Origin: Candidatus Aerophobetes bacterium Ae_b3a
Lineage (GTDB): Bacteria; Aerophobota; Aerophobia; Aerophobales; AE-B3A
DNA length: 60,878 nucleotides
NCBI GenBank assembly: GCA_005223095.1
Contig: NJBQ01000004.1
Span: 1 to 60,878, forward strand
Direction of reading: 5' to 3'
Shown in pieces: positions 28,318-38,462 of this stretch (position 1 is the first letter of the stretch; every line of letters starts with the position of its first letter). The notes beneath the pieces are model-generated. The model worked only from the letters and a program-made list of their open reading frames with translations. It searched no databases and was not told the DNA's origin. The translations under genes were made by a program, and so were the position numbers.

Positions 28318-30651
28318 ATGCTGGAAGAAAAGAAAGCCTCCAGATGGGGCAGGTGGTTAGTTCTGGTAGTTTTGCTATTAGTGCTTATATATGTCATCGC
28401 TGATGGGTGGGTAATGAATAAGCTCGAGCCATATACAGTGGTAGGCGTTTATGAGCCGGGCGGGATCAGAGCTCTGGTTAATAAGAGTGATAAAAGTATC
28501 CGAAGGTGGAAGTGGCCAAGGATTCCGGGAACTTCTATAGGCGTAAAAGAGGAGTCAATTAAGGACGAGGTAAAGACTGTTACTTCCAGGTTTGCTCTGT
28601 ACACCAGTGAGGAAGTTACAGGAAAGGAAGAGGATAAAGAATACGCTCAGGCCTATGTAGTTGATATGGAAATTGAAGTAAAAGACTGGCAGAAATTCTT
28701 GACAGAGATTGATTTGGAAAAGATAAATGAAGAGAGAAAAAAAGCTGGCCCTTTTGTTACCTTAGTGAAGGATAGATTCGAAGTGATAGCTGGTTTCATA
28801 GAAGATGTTATTAAAAAAGGGGAGGCAACAGATAGATTGGGAAAGCCGCTGCGGTCAGAGGAAGGCTATCCAGCTATGAACTTAGTTGCCCGAATCAATT
28901 ATGCATACTCCCAGCTAGCAAATCGAAGAAACTTTCTTATTGCTCTTTTGGATAGATATCAGCTTGAAACTGGCCAGGAAATAACAGAATATCTGGAAGA
29001 GGAGATTCCCTGGCATTGGTTTGCTGGCCCAGATACTTATGAGTTTTTGGTTCAGCAATACAAGGAAATTCAGGAGTCAATTTTTTCTCCTTATCTTGAG
29101 AATATCGCCCCTGAGGTAGCTCAGCAACGACTTATTTTTGGCGAAGATAGACTCGAACTCTATCAAAAGGCTTATCAGGCTTATGGGTATGAGAAATTCT
29201 TGATGGAACGAGAAAGAAACATTGAAGAGTTTGAGAAGCGGCGGAGTGATTATGCTGGTGAGGAGGAGGCCGAGAAGGTAGTCCGTAGTTTTAAAAAATT
29301 CTTAAAGTGGCAAGAAAATGAACTCAGATTTGTCACTGATATCGAGCAGCTTCGTACTCTTTATAATTCATTTCTGGAGAAGCTTGAATCTGATCTTACT
29401 TTTATTTTGCGAGAATCGGAACTGGAGTTTGTTAAGGAAGAAATTGAGGAAGCGAAAGAGAAATTTGCCGGTGCTCCTTTAGAGGAGGCAGAAAGAGAAA
29501 AAGCTAAAGAGATTGAAGAAGGTGTGAAACACCTGATAATTAAAGAACGAGAAAAAGAATTTTACCAGATTTCTGATGAAGAACTTTCCCAGCTCCTCAG
29601 TGTCTACCTGGTAGAGAATAACCTGCAGGAGATTTCTGCTTCAGTATTAGATTATGTTTTACTGTTATTGAGGGAGGACTATTTTGCTGTTCTATCCGAT
29701 GAAGTAGAAAAAGCAGGCAAATTCCTGGATATGGAGATTATCAAAGAGTATTACCTGGAGCTTAAATCGAAACTAGAGACCGATAGGATAGACCCGGCCC
29801 AACTCTCACGTACTGTAATAGAGTATATAAGTGGTCAGCGATATCTTTACTCAACCTTTGTGGGATTGATTTCTCTTCTCTGGCAGGAAGAAAAAATAGA
29901 GTGGGATAGAGTTCAGTGGGAGAGAGTGAAGGAAGAAGAGCTTATTCCTTTCTTTGAGTACTATTCCCAGGCAAATACTGAACTTGCTCTAAACTTTAGA
30001 GGCATCACCTCTGAAGAAAATAGAGCCCTTTGGCAGGCCGCTATAGAGGAAGCATTAGGGGGAGAGGATATTGCCAGCCTGAGGTCCTTTACTAGCCATA
30101 AGGTTGAAGAGGGGGACACCCTGGCTGAATTGGCTAAAGAGTATGATGTTGATTGGCGATTGGTCCTTAACCGTCGTAATCGAGATTTTGCCCGGAGAAG
30201 CCTGACATCTGAGGACGATAAAGTGCGTTTTGATAAGCTTTTGGCTCAGGCTTTTGAAACGGGAGATTACAGAGCAGTTTATGAATTGGTTAAAGACACT
30301 CCTCTTAAGGCGGATGAAAGTATTATTATCAATAAAGTTGAGGAATTTACCCCTCAGTGGTTTGAAGAAGAGGAAGGATATCGGAAGAAAAGAGAAGCGA
30401 CAGTGAAGAAATACATTTATCGCTGGATAGAAGAATTTGCTCCCCGGGTAATAGAGGAATACCTTTTAGTCTCTCCCTGGCTAGATTACGTTGAGAGAAC
30501 ATACGGGGTGAAAATCAGGCAGATAAATCTCTACATTGAAAGAGATTCAATGTTTAACAAAGATGGCCAACCCAAAGATGAATACTATGATTTATATTAT
30601 TCCAAGTATGTTTCAGCAGTGAAATCCGAAAAGGAGATTAAAGAAGAGTGA
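28318..30651 (+). CDS. membrane-anchored LysM protein with interrupted SPFH (HflC-like) domain
   Basis: N-terminal TM; WKWP, VVDMEIEVKDWQKF, C-terminal YGVKIRQINL; LysM HKVEEGDTLAELAKEYDV. Confidence 0.6.
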   Translation: MLEEKKASRWGRWLVLVVLLLVLIYVIADGWVMNKLEPYTVVGVYEPGGIRALVNKSDKSIRRWKWPRIPGTSIGVKEESIKDEVKTVTSRFALYTSEEVTGKEEDKEYAQAYVVDMEIEVKDWQKFLTEIDLEKINEERKKAGPFVTLVKDRFEVIAGFIEDVIKKGEATDRLGKPLRSEEGYPAMNLVARINYAYSQLANRRNFLIALLDRYQLETGQEITEYLEEEIPWHWFAGPDTYEFLVQQYKEIQESIFSPYLENIAPEVAQQRLIFGEDRLELYQKAYQAYGYEKFLMERERNIEEFEKRRSDYAGEEEAEKVVRSFKKFLKWQENELRFVTDIEQLRTLYNSFLEKLESDLTFILRESELEFVKEEIEEAKEKFAGAPLEEAEREKAKEIEEGVKHLIIKEREKEFYQISDEELSQLLSVYLVENNLQEISASVLDYVLLLLREDYFAVLSDEVEKAGKFLDMEIIKEYYLELKSKLETDRIDPAQLSRTVIEYISGQRYLYSTFVGLISLLWQEEKIEWDRVQWERVKEEELIPFFEYYSQANTELALNFRGITSEENRALWQAAIEEALGGEDIASLRSFTSHKVEEGDTLAELAKEYDVDWRLVLNRRNRDFARRSLTSEDDKVRFDKLLAQAFETGDYRAVYELVKDTPLKADESIIINKVEEFTPQWFEEEEGYRKKREATVKKYIYRWIEEFAPRVIEEYLLVSPWLDYVERTYGVKIRQINLYIERDSMFNKDGQPKDEYYDLYYSKYVSAVKSEKEIKEE

Positions 30652-31940
30652 AGCAGATTAAATCCTTTAAGGAGCGAAAGAGAGAGAGAATTGACCTTGA
30701 GGCCGATAGGACCATTGATGGATATCTTACCCGGAAAAACAGATTTAGCTCCTGGCGTCCTCCGGTTAAATCAGAACTAATAGACATTGATACTATCACT
30801 GAGGCAAAGATTATCCAGACAAAATTCGCTTCTTTTGAGAAGTTTACTGAGATAGAGTTAAAAGAGATAGAAAACATAAATAAACTTTGCCGCAAGGAAG
30901 GAAATAGTGAAATTAAAGTTCATCAAGTAGAAAATATTGATGGTGGCAAAGGATTCAATATAGGCAGGCAGGTTCTTCCCAAATACACTTTTCAACTGGG
31001 AAACAGCGAGAATCCTCAGTTTAAAATCCTGGTTTTAGCCAGTACGCATGGAGGAGAATCACGGCTGGCCAGAGCTGTCCTGCAGGGAATTCTCCAGTTG
31101 GCCCGTCCGGGTGAGGAACGTTACAGACTTCTAGAGAGAGGGACTATTCTTTTTGATCCAGTGGTTGATCCGGCCGGATTCGATAACCAGACCCGGGGAG
31201 CAGTAACTCGGGATGGAATGGCAGTTAATGCTCCGCTTTTAGGGGGAGGATGGGCTCAGCCAGGCCTGCGTAGCCCCTGGGGTTTAGGTGATAGAAATAG
31301 TGCTCAGGGAAGGAACAGTCTTGAGGCGCAAGATGTGTTGACTCGTTCTAACCAGGCTCATTACAAAGAAATCCTGGGAGGGAGAGCGAGCTGGGTTTAT
31401 GATGCGCACGAAACCTGTGAATTTACCCGCTGGCCAGATTTAGCCTTTACTTACGGAGGGATTCTTCTTATGGCTCACATTTATCTTTCCCATATTAAAC
31501 TCGCCTCTCTTAATCAGTTAGAGAGCTGTATTAGTTGGTGGAGGAAGCTGAGGAGTTTTATTAATGACCATAACCCCTTAGAAGGGCCATTATACAGAGA
31601 ACAGCTGCTCTGGCATGATCCGCGTATGCAAAAAATTACCCGCATCAAGGATAGAATAAAGGAATTGGGTCAAAGGACTATGGAAGAAAAATTTGACCGA
31701 GCTTTCCTTTTTCTGCCTCACGTAGAGCGAGATATTAGAATTGAGGAGAGCGTCTATATCGGGGGTATGATGTTTAGAATTCCCCGGATTTTACTGGGGC
31801 CGGATGTACTCGGCTTAGAAGGAGTAACTACAGAGTCTTTTCAGCAAGACCTGGTAGTGCGAGCCAAGCAGACTTTAGCTAGCCTTGAGGCACAGTTGAG
31901 GGTAGTTGGGCTTGACTACAAAGGAGAAGAGGGTGATTAG
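30648..31940 (+). CDS. M14-family zinc carboxypeptidase-like protein
   Basis: ILVLASTHGGE, PVVDPAG, YDAHE, TTES. Confidence 0.75.
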   Translation: MKQIKSFKERKRERIDLEADRTIDGYLTRKNRFSSWRPPVKSELIDIDTITEAKIIQTKFASFEKFTEIELKEIENINKLCRKEGNSEIKVHQVENIDGGKGFNIGRQVLPKYTFQLGNSENPQFKILVLASTHGGESRLARAVLQGILQLARPGEERYRLLERGTILFDPVVDPAGFDNQTRGAVTRDGMAVNAPLLGGGWAQPGLRSPWGLGDRNSAQGRNSLEAQDVLTRSNQAHYKEILGGRASWVYDAHETCEFTRWPDLAFTYGGILLMAHIYLSHIKLASLNQLESCISWWRKLRSFINDHNPLEGPLYREQLLWHDPRMQKITRIKDRIKELGQRTMEEKFDRAFLFLPHVERDIRIEESVYIGGMMFRIPRILLGPDVLGLEGVTTESFQQDLVVRAKQTLASLEAQLRVVGLDYKGEEGD

Positions 31941-34506
31941 CCATATCATCGAGTATTTTAAAATTCCTCATCCTCTGGAGAAAGACAAGGGAAACATAGT
32001 TATTTCTGCTCCCATAAAACTAAGCGAAAAATATTTCAGGGCGTGGCTTGATGATAAAAAATCGAGTGGTCCAGCCGACCTTCCCTGGATTTCAAGGGTT
32101 CTTATCAGCCCAGAAGAAGCTCGTCCAGAAGATGAGGATTTGGTCAAAAGATTTGAACGGAACTTTGAAATTGAAGACAATCATTCCTGGGGTGTAACCA
32201 AGCTTAAAATATTCTTGAGGTTTACTGCCGCCTGTGTAGTGGGCTATTTTATTTACTGGACAATCTTTAATTTTCCCTGGTTTTGGATTCCAGCAGCGGT
32301 TTTTCTGGAAAAGATTCTGGGGGATACTTTAACTAAGCTTTTTCAGGGGGTGGTCATTGCTTTTATTCCAGGATTAAGTTTCATAAAGAATTTTGTAGGA
32401 GCTAAAAGATGGATTCGGGCTAATTTCCGGTCTCAATATACTAAAATTTTTCGGCAGTTCGGCAGAAGTTCTCACCAATATTTTAGCAAAGAAGTCAAAA
32501 AGTGCTTGAAAAATATTAGGGCAGCGGCTGAGGAAGAAAATGCATCCATAGAAATGGGAACTATAGAAAATCTTTTAGAGGAAATTTTACACAAGCCTCC
32601 CGTAAATTCTGATTTTATCCAGGATTGGTCCAGGCGTCTGGAAGAACTCTTGAGAGACCTCAGCCAAAGGGCTAAAGCCGAGATTTTTCTTGAGGGAGTG
32701 ATAATTAAGCTGGACCAGTTAAAAAGGGATTTACTTCTTCACTACCTAGAAGGTTTTCAGATGGTTCCCCTCAAAATAGCCACACCGAATTTATCTAAAA
32801 AGGAATTTCTTCCCTCTCTTAATTATAATTTTGATTTAAGATTGAGTCTCTTAGGGGAGGGTTTTAAGCAGAAAGCAAAAAATTTGAAAGATTTTTTGGC
32901 AGAGACTTCCTCAATACGGGAAAGGATTTATTCTAACTTCGATTCTTTAAAGAGAGCGAAAGGGAAAAGGGAGAGAGTGAAGCTTCTGGAGAGTATTGAA
33001 GAGGGCTTTGAGAATTTGAGGAATATTGTGGGAAACTTTCATTTAGGAGACAATCCCGGGGTGCCTCATGAGAGAGGGGAAAACTTAAGTGATTTTTACG
33101 ATGGTCTTTATTACCTCTTTGGTAGGACGAAGCTTGATATTTCAAAGGGGGAAAAGGCAATCAAGGCAGTCCTATTTAGACGTCTTAGGCTAAGAAGCGA
33201 GCGTCAGCAGAGAGGGCGAATAGAAGAGCTCAGGCTCCGAGTGGAGCGTCTTCTTTGTCAGGGAATAAGTACTAAAAAAGCCTACCAGAGAATTTCTCAT
33301 TTTTTCAGCTTCTTTGGAGTAAATCTGAAGCGAAGTCTTGCTTTTTCCGGGTTGGTTTTGTTTGGTTTTGCTTGTTTTTTGAATTTCAAGGTAGTAGGGC
33401 CGGATGAGGTTCTTACCACTACCTATTTGAGATGGGGAGTAAAAGAGACGGCTACCCAGAAGGCTCCCCTTTTCTCACGTGGAGTGAGGGCTTATAAATT
33501 TGGTGAGGGTTTACCCATTTTTCCCAAAAAAGAGCTCTTTTGGCAACTACCCCCTCCTTTGGTCTATGCTCATAAGATAGACTTTACTCAGCTGCAAGAA
33601 TTTACTGCTCATATGGTATTTGGCGCTCCTATTGATAGTCTCTATAAGAAGGGGTTGCAGCTTCTTGCCGGAGCCTACGGAGGATATTACCAGGTGGTTG
33701 AGATTGGCTTCAAGTTCATAGCTAATGATAGAGAGGTCTGGATTAAATATGACTACGACGGAAAGGGGACAAAAAGACTGGCTAGAGACGTTGCCTCGGT
33801 AGTTGACGAATGGAGAGGAGAGCTTTTCGACTTCTACGAAAGTCCCTTAATAGATTTGCAGGATGAAGAGGAAATGGAGGAGGTCTTCTCTGGTTCCTAT
33901 TTTAAAAAGCTCTGGGAGGAAGGAAGGATGGAGGAGATAATAAAGTCTCAGATTTTTAGAAGTCCTTTAATGACTTATCAGTATGGGACATATTCGGAGA
34001 TGATAGGCCCGGGCATAGATTTGATTTTGAGGAGTCTAGCCAGGGAAAAGCTCGAGCTAGAAGATAGTAACCTTTCCCGATTAGAAAAGGAAGAGAAACT
34101 AGCCGAAATTGAAGATTTTGAGAGTCGGGTAGAGAAGATAAAAGAAGATACCTTAGAAATAGCCAGGGAGGAATACGACGTTCTGAGAAAGCAGCCGGAA
34201 AAGTTTAAGAAGTACTTGTCTGATCCGGAAAGTATCTCCGAGTTAAAGGGTTTTGAGACCGTCTGGCCGGCTATTCAGCGCATAATGCTGCAGCACTATA
34301 TAACCGACAAATTAATAAGAACTGTTAAGGGCGAACTAGGGGAAGAAGAAAAAGAGGAGCTTCTTCAGGTGTTAAGGGAAAGAATAGAAGAAAATCCTTA
34401 TTTTTCTTCTCTCATTGAGATAAGAGAGATGAAGGCTGGGGTAATCTTTATGGATTCTCATGGCTATCGTAGCTTTATTTCGAAAATAACTAAGGAAATT
34501 ATTTAA
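31933..34506 (+). CDS. multi-pass membrane protein with interrupted SPFH (HflK-like) domain
   Basis: 2+1 TM segments; FKVVGPDEV, LFWQLPPPL, VVEIGFKF, C-terminal ELLQ...Y..LIEIRE; GTG start at 31933 after AAGGAG. Confidence 0.55.
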   Translation: MISHIIEYFKIPHPLEKDKGNIVISAPIKLSEKYFRAWLDDKKSSGPADLPWISRVLISPEEARPEDEDLVKRFERNFEIEDNHSWGVTKLKIFLRFTAACVVGYFIYWTIFNFPWFWIPAAVFLEKILGDTLTKLFQGVVIAFIPGLSFIKNFVGAKRWIRANFRSQYTKIFRQFGRSSHQYFSKEVKKCLKNIRAAAEEENASIEMGTIENLLEEILHKPPVNSDFIQDWSRRLEELLRDLSQRAKAEIFLEGVIIKLDQLKRDLLLHYLEGFQMVPLKIATPNLSKKEFLPSLNYNFDLRLSLLGEGFKQKAKNLKDFLAETSSIRERIYSNFDSLKRAKGKRERVKLLESIEEGFENLRNIVGNFHLGDNPGVPHERGENLSDFYDGLYYLFGRTKLDISKGEKAIKAVLFRRLRLRSERQQRGRIEELRLRVERLLCQGISTKKAYQRISHFFSFFGVNLKRSLAFSGLVLFGFACFLNFKVVGPDEVLTTTYLRWGVKETATQKAPLFSRGVRAYKFGEGLPIFPKKELFWQLPPPLVYAHKIDFTQLQEFTAHMVFGAPIDSLYKKGLQLLAGAYGGYYQVVEIGFKFIANDREVWIKYDYDGKGTKRLARDVASVVDEWRGELFDFYESPLIDLQDEEEMEEVFSGSYFKKLWEEGRMEEIIKSQIFRSPLMTYQYGTYSEMIGPGIDLILRSLAREKLELEDSNLSRLEKEEKLAEIEDFESRVEKIKEDTLEIAREEYDVLRKQPEKFKKYLSDPESISELKGFETVWPAIQRIMLQHYITDKLIRTVKGELGEEEKEELLQVLRERIEENPYFSSLIEIREMKAGVIFMDSHGYRSFISKITKEII

Positions 34507-34684
34507 TAGCGTATAGCGTTTAGCGTATAGCGTGTAGTGAAAACAAAAAGCAATAAAGCTGAAAATCAAAACCAAAACGTAAAGCGAAGAATGCAAAACT
34601 AAAGCCAATAGTCTATTGTTCGGAGTTTATCGACAAGAGTAACAGCCTCCTCTCCCCTGAGGGGAGAGGATTAAGGTGAGGGGG
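34507..34684. repeat. heptamer runs (tagcgta) plus REP-like palindrome
   Basis: tagcgtatagcgtttagcgtatagcg; tcctctcccctgaggggagaggattaaggtgaggggg. Confidence 0.75.
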
Positions 34685-34693
34685 TGAATAAGG

Positions 34694-36394
34694 ATGGCGC
34701 GTTGGTCTGTAAAAAGTAAACACAAGAGAAGAGTTGTCCTGGTCCTGCCCGGATTTAATCAGGGCAGGGGAAAGAGAGGTGCCTGGTTTGCCTGGACCGA
34801 AAAAACAGAGAATTTCTTCCGCAGATTTTCGCACGGCTGGTACACCCTAAAATACGATATTTTCTCTCCAGAAAATGAGTTTCCTCTTTCTGAGGGAGAA
34901 TTACAGCATCTGACTGAAGAGATTAGTTCGAGCGAGCAGGCCTATACTTCTCTTCTTCATTTCCAGGAAGTTATGGGTGGGATGGGTAGAAGCTTAAGAA
35001 AGAGAGGTATTCGGGGTCTCTTCCTCTATTTGATGATGGTCTTATCGGTTAAGCAGTTTTGGATTATTATTCTCCTTTGGCCGCAGACTTTTCTGACTAA
35101 TTTCATAAATTATTTTCGCTGGAGGACAGTAAGACGAACGAGCAGTATTGTTTCTTCCTTCTGGCAAAGAGGAGATGACCCAGAACTAGTAGAAGTCTTA
35201 ACTGAAGCAAAAGAGCTCTATGCTAGGCTGGATAATGACTCTTCCCGGGCTGAGCCTCTGCGTAAGTATCAGTATTTGCGAGACTATTTTAAGGAGAGAC
35301 GGCGGGAAGAGGAAAAAAAAGAGAAAGCAAGCTCTTATGAGCTAGTGGAGCAAGCTTACCGGGATATTATCTCTCAGCTTACCGGTGATAGCTTTCTCTT
35401 AAAAATAGTTCCCAAGACAACGCGGGAAAGGATAGTTAACTTTTTTCATGTCACCGAGCAGTTTCCTTACCCTGATAATATCTTTGCTGTAAGAAATCTT
35501 TTTCGGGATTTATCTTTGCCCACCCCCATTCCTCAGAGCGAAGTAATAGGGAGAGATACAAAAGTGGAAGGTAACAATTTAGAGATGTTTCTCCTTCGCA
35601 CTAAAGCGGGAGAAGGTATAGTGATTCCTTGTCCGTCAGAGAATGTTCTTTCTCTCATCTTTCGGGCGGAGACTTTTGAGAATATCCAGAGGAAGAATCT
35701 TCCTCTGGAGGCAGTGCTCTATGTAGGCCGAGAAGAAGAAAAGAAAGCTTTACTCGATTTTGATCCCCTCAAGACAGAAGAATTGAACACACGAGGGATG
35801 GAAAAAACAGGGATACGCATCCACAATGCTCTTTTAGATACTTTCCGACAGGAAGAATCTCTTACAAGTTACTATTTTAGAGAGTTACCAGCTGTTTACA
35901 GTAAACAAAGATGGAGGCATCCTCTTTATCTGTGGGGTAATCTGGTACATCTGGGCTTTCCCTGGCTTTTCATATCACATGGTATTCCTGCCTTTGCAGT
36001 GGTAGCCTGCACCTGGATTTTCTGGGATTATTTGTGGAATTCGCAAGACCAGGTCAGATGGCGAGATTATTTCGACAATCTCCTGGAAGGAATAGATAAG
36101 GCTTACCATAATATGAACTTAAAAATAATGGTTCATTCGGGCTTGGGAGAGGTTAATGCTGCCATCAAGGTAACTGGCCCGGCCAGCTATCGAGATGTTT
36201 TGGAAAAAATCGAAGAATATCATTTCCCTAGAAAATTCAGGGATATGGTCCTACTTAACGCTATCACTCAAGAGACCACTCAGCTTAAGGATTTTCAGAA
36301 AGAGGCTAATGATTTTACCACTCTGCCTATCCCCGCTTTTTGTTATGAGGAAAACAAAAATAACATTGAGTCTTTAGGAGAATTCTCAGGTTAG
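34694..36394 (+). CDS. membrane protein, possible interrupted alpha/beta-hydrolase
   Basis: VVLVLPGF near the N-terminus, KIMVHSGLG and FRDMVLLNA near the C-terminus, two hydrophobic stretches. Confidence 0.5.
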   Translation: MARWSVKSKHKRRVVLVLPGFNQGRGKRGAWFAWTEKTENFFRRFSHGWYTLKYDIFSPENEFPLSEGELQHLTEEISSSEQAYTSLLHFQEVMGGMGRSLRKRGIRGLFLYLMMVLSVKQFWIIILLWPQTFLTNFINYFRWRTVRRTSSIVSSFWQRGDDPELVEVLTEAKELYARLDNDSSRAEPLRKYQYLRDYFKERRREEEKKEKASSYELVEQAYRDIISQLTGDSFLLKIVPKTTRERIVNFFHVTEQFPYPDNIFAVRNLFRDLSLPTPIPQSEVIGRDTKVEGNNLEMFLLRTKAGEGIVIPCPSENVLSLIFRAETFENIQRKNLPLEAVLYVGREEEKKALLDFDPLKTEELNTRGMEKTGIRIHNALLDTFRQEESLTSYYFRELPAVYSKQRWRHPLYLWGNLVHLGFPWLFISHGIPAFAVVACTWIFWDYLWNSQDQVRWRDYFDNLLEGIDKAYHNMNLKIMVHSGLGEVNAAIKVTGPASYRDVLEKIEEYHFPRKFRDMVLLNAITQETTQLKDFQKEANDFTTLPIPAFCYEENKNNIESLGEFSG

Positions 36395-37825
36395 GCTTTG
36401 GCTTAAAGTTGGGCGTTTGGTATCTTTGGTCTTTTCTAATTGAAGAAAAGCTTTGTGGTTATTAATGCAACCTGGATCGGGTGCTTTTAAATCACCAAAG
36501 TAAGCGTAAGCTCTGGCCCGACAACCTCCACAGGCTGCTCTATGCTCACATATTCCGCAGTGCTCCTTCAGGTCTTCACGACTGCGAAGTTCTTCCAGGA
36601 CACTGGAATTATTCCAGATTTCTTTAAAAGTTTGCTTTTTTAGGTCACCTACCTCTATGGGCATATACACGCAAGGAGTGACTATTCCGTCCGGTTGAAT
36701 GGCGCAGTAGGCTCTTCCTACTCCGCACCCTCCTATAAACTCAGCTAGAAGGCGGGTCTTATCCCCTTTGCTCATACTATAGTGACTGCTAGCAGTGAAC
36801 TCTCCCTGGCTCTTATTCATGCAGACCCGTGCATACTGAGGGCAGCTAGTGAGAGTAGCTGTTCCTTTCTTAAGATAATATTCATAGAGGGTGTTTAACA
36901 TTTTTTCTCGCATAGAGGGAGTTAAGTCTAAACCAATTAAGTTCTTTCCTTCTCCCACCGGGATGAAATTGAAGGCAAAAAATTTGTCCGTTCTCAAACT
37001 AATGCTGAATTCTATCAAATCTTCTAGTTCATTAAAATTCATCTTGGTAATAGTAGAGGCTAAGCCTACTTGATAGGCTTTCTGGGCCACGGCCTTTTTG
37101 ATTCCTCTTACTGCTTTTTTCCAGGCTCCCGGGATTCCTCTAAACCCATCATGTTTTTCCGGATGAACACTATCTAAACTTATCTCTACATAATCTACTC
37201 CCACCGTCGCCATTCTTCTTGCCACTTCCTCAGTAATTAAAGTTCCGTTGGTAGCTATAGACACATACATATTTTCTTTTTTTACTTTTTCGATCGCCGG
37301 CCAGAGGTCCTTATCCATCAGAGGCTCTCCTCCCGAAAAAGCAATGATGAAAACCTCCTCTTTTGCTAATTGGTTAATAATATCTATTCTTTTAGATAAA
37401 GGGAGTTCTTGGGGTAGTTTCTTACCGGCGTTTTGATAGCAATGCTTACATTTTAAATTACAGATATTAGTAAAGTCCCAGACTACTACAGGAGGAGCAA
37501 CAAACTTTTGCGGATAGGTTAAGCCATAATGAGCCACCGACCTCATAGTAAGGGATACTGCTTTTTGTATTGCAGGACTGTTGAGTTCCTTTTTTACCTC
37601 TTCTTTAGTCTGCTTGAAGAGAATTCTGCCTGATTCGAAAAAAAGATAAAAGGGAAATATCTCTAATTTTTCAAGGAGTGACAGATGGTCATCTTCATTA
37701 GTGTAAAGAGAGAAGATGCCTTCAAGAGCACTCCTACCATTTTTATTCTTTCGAGCAAATAGGCTGAAGGCACAACGATTTATCTCATTCTTCAAAAAGA
37801 ATCTTATCAGATAAGTTATATCCAT
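36386..37825 (-). CDS. radical SAM/SPASM protein
   Basis: CNLKCKHC, FSGGEP, CGVG...DG.VTPC, CGIC...CGGCRARA. Confidence 0.92.
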   Translation of the reverse strand: MDITYLIRFFLKNEINRCAFSLFARKNKNGRSALEGIFSLYTNEDDHLSLLEKLEIFPFYLFFESGRILFKQTKEEVKKELNSPAIQKAVSLTMRSVAHYGLTYPQKFVAPPVVVWDFTNICNLKCKHCYQNAGKKLPQELPLSKRIDIINQLAKEEVFIIAFSGGEPLMDKDLWPAIEKVKKENMYVSIATNGTLITEEVARRMATVGVDYVEISLDSVHPEKHDGFRGIPGAWKKAVRGIKKAVAQKAYQVGLASTITKMNFNELEDLIEFSISLRTDKFFAFNFIPVGEGKNLIGLDLTPSMREKMLNTLYEYYLKKGTATLTSCPQYARVCMNKSQGEFTASSHYSMSKGDKTRLLAEFIGGCGVGRAYCAIQPDGIVTPCVYMPIEVGDLKKQTFKEIWNNSSVLEELRSREDLKEHCGICEHRAACGGCRARAYAYFGDLKAPDPGCINNHKAFLQLEKTKDTKRPTLSQSLT

Positions 37826-37894
37826 TCCATCCCTCCTGATTTGTGACTATTCAGTTCTATCATCTTCCACCGAGAGCACTAGAAATCAAAGTAG

Positions 37895-37975
37895 TGATTG
37901 GTGAATCGCAAAGGGACTAAACGGTTATAGGGTTTGATTGACAATTCACGATTCACGAAATACAATTCACCAATT
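37895..37975. repeat. heptamer-based intergenic repeat related to 45415-45477
   Basis: gtgaatcgcaaa...tagggtttg.ttgacaattcacgattcac in both. Confidence 0.8.
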
Positions 37976-38047
37976 ATAGGAATTTCCTAGGGTTTTCCCT
38001 TTTGACTTGTCTTTGCGTACTCTGTGGTTTTTGCCGTGAGTAGTCAC

Positions 38048-38386
38048 CTACTTTTTTTGAAGTTTCAGAATTCCATATAGCTCGGAAAAATCACCCATTA
38101 ATTCTGCTAGCCTTTTCTTATTTAGTTTGTATCTTACCCATTGAGCTTTTTTGAACTGTTCGACCAAACCAAAATTGAGCAAGAGTCCTAGATGATAGGA
38201 GATTGTGGGTTGCGAGAGGCTCAGGTTTTTGCTAAGAAAATTTACGCACTTTTCCTCATTGGCGATTATCTTTAATATCTGCAATCTCACTTTACTTCCC
38301 AGTATGCCAAAAGTTTTAGCAACATCTATCTTTTCCTTTTCCATTGTAGTCTTTTTACCCACTTCTTTTTTTTCTTGATTTTTCAT
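38048..38386 (-). CDS. ArsR/SmtB-family regulator
   Basis: RLQIL, CV..L...L.LSQPTISYHL, WVRY. Confidence 0.9.
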   Translation of the reverse strand: MKNQEKKEVGKKTTMEKEKIDVAKTFGILGSKVRLQILKIIANEEKCVNFLSKNLSLSQPTISYHLGLLLNFGLVEQFKKAQWVRYKLNKKRLAELMGDFSELYGILKLQKK

Positions 38387-38462
38387 ATTAAAGTCTTCCC
38401 CCTTCTTTTTATCAATTTAGATTGATATTCTACAAAATCAGCTTAGTTATCAAAAGTTTTCT

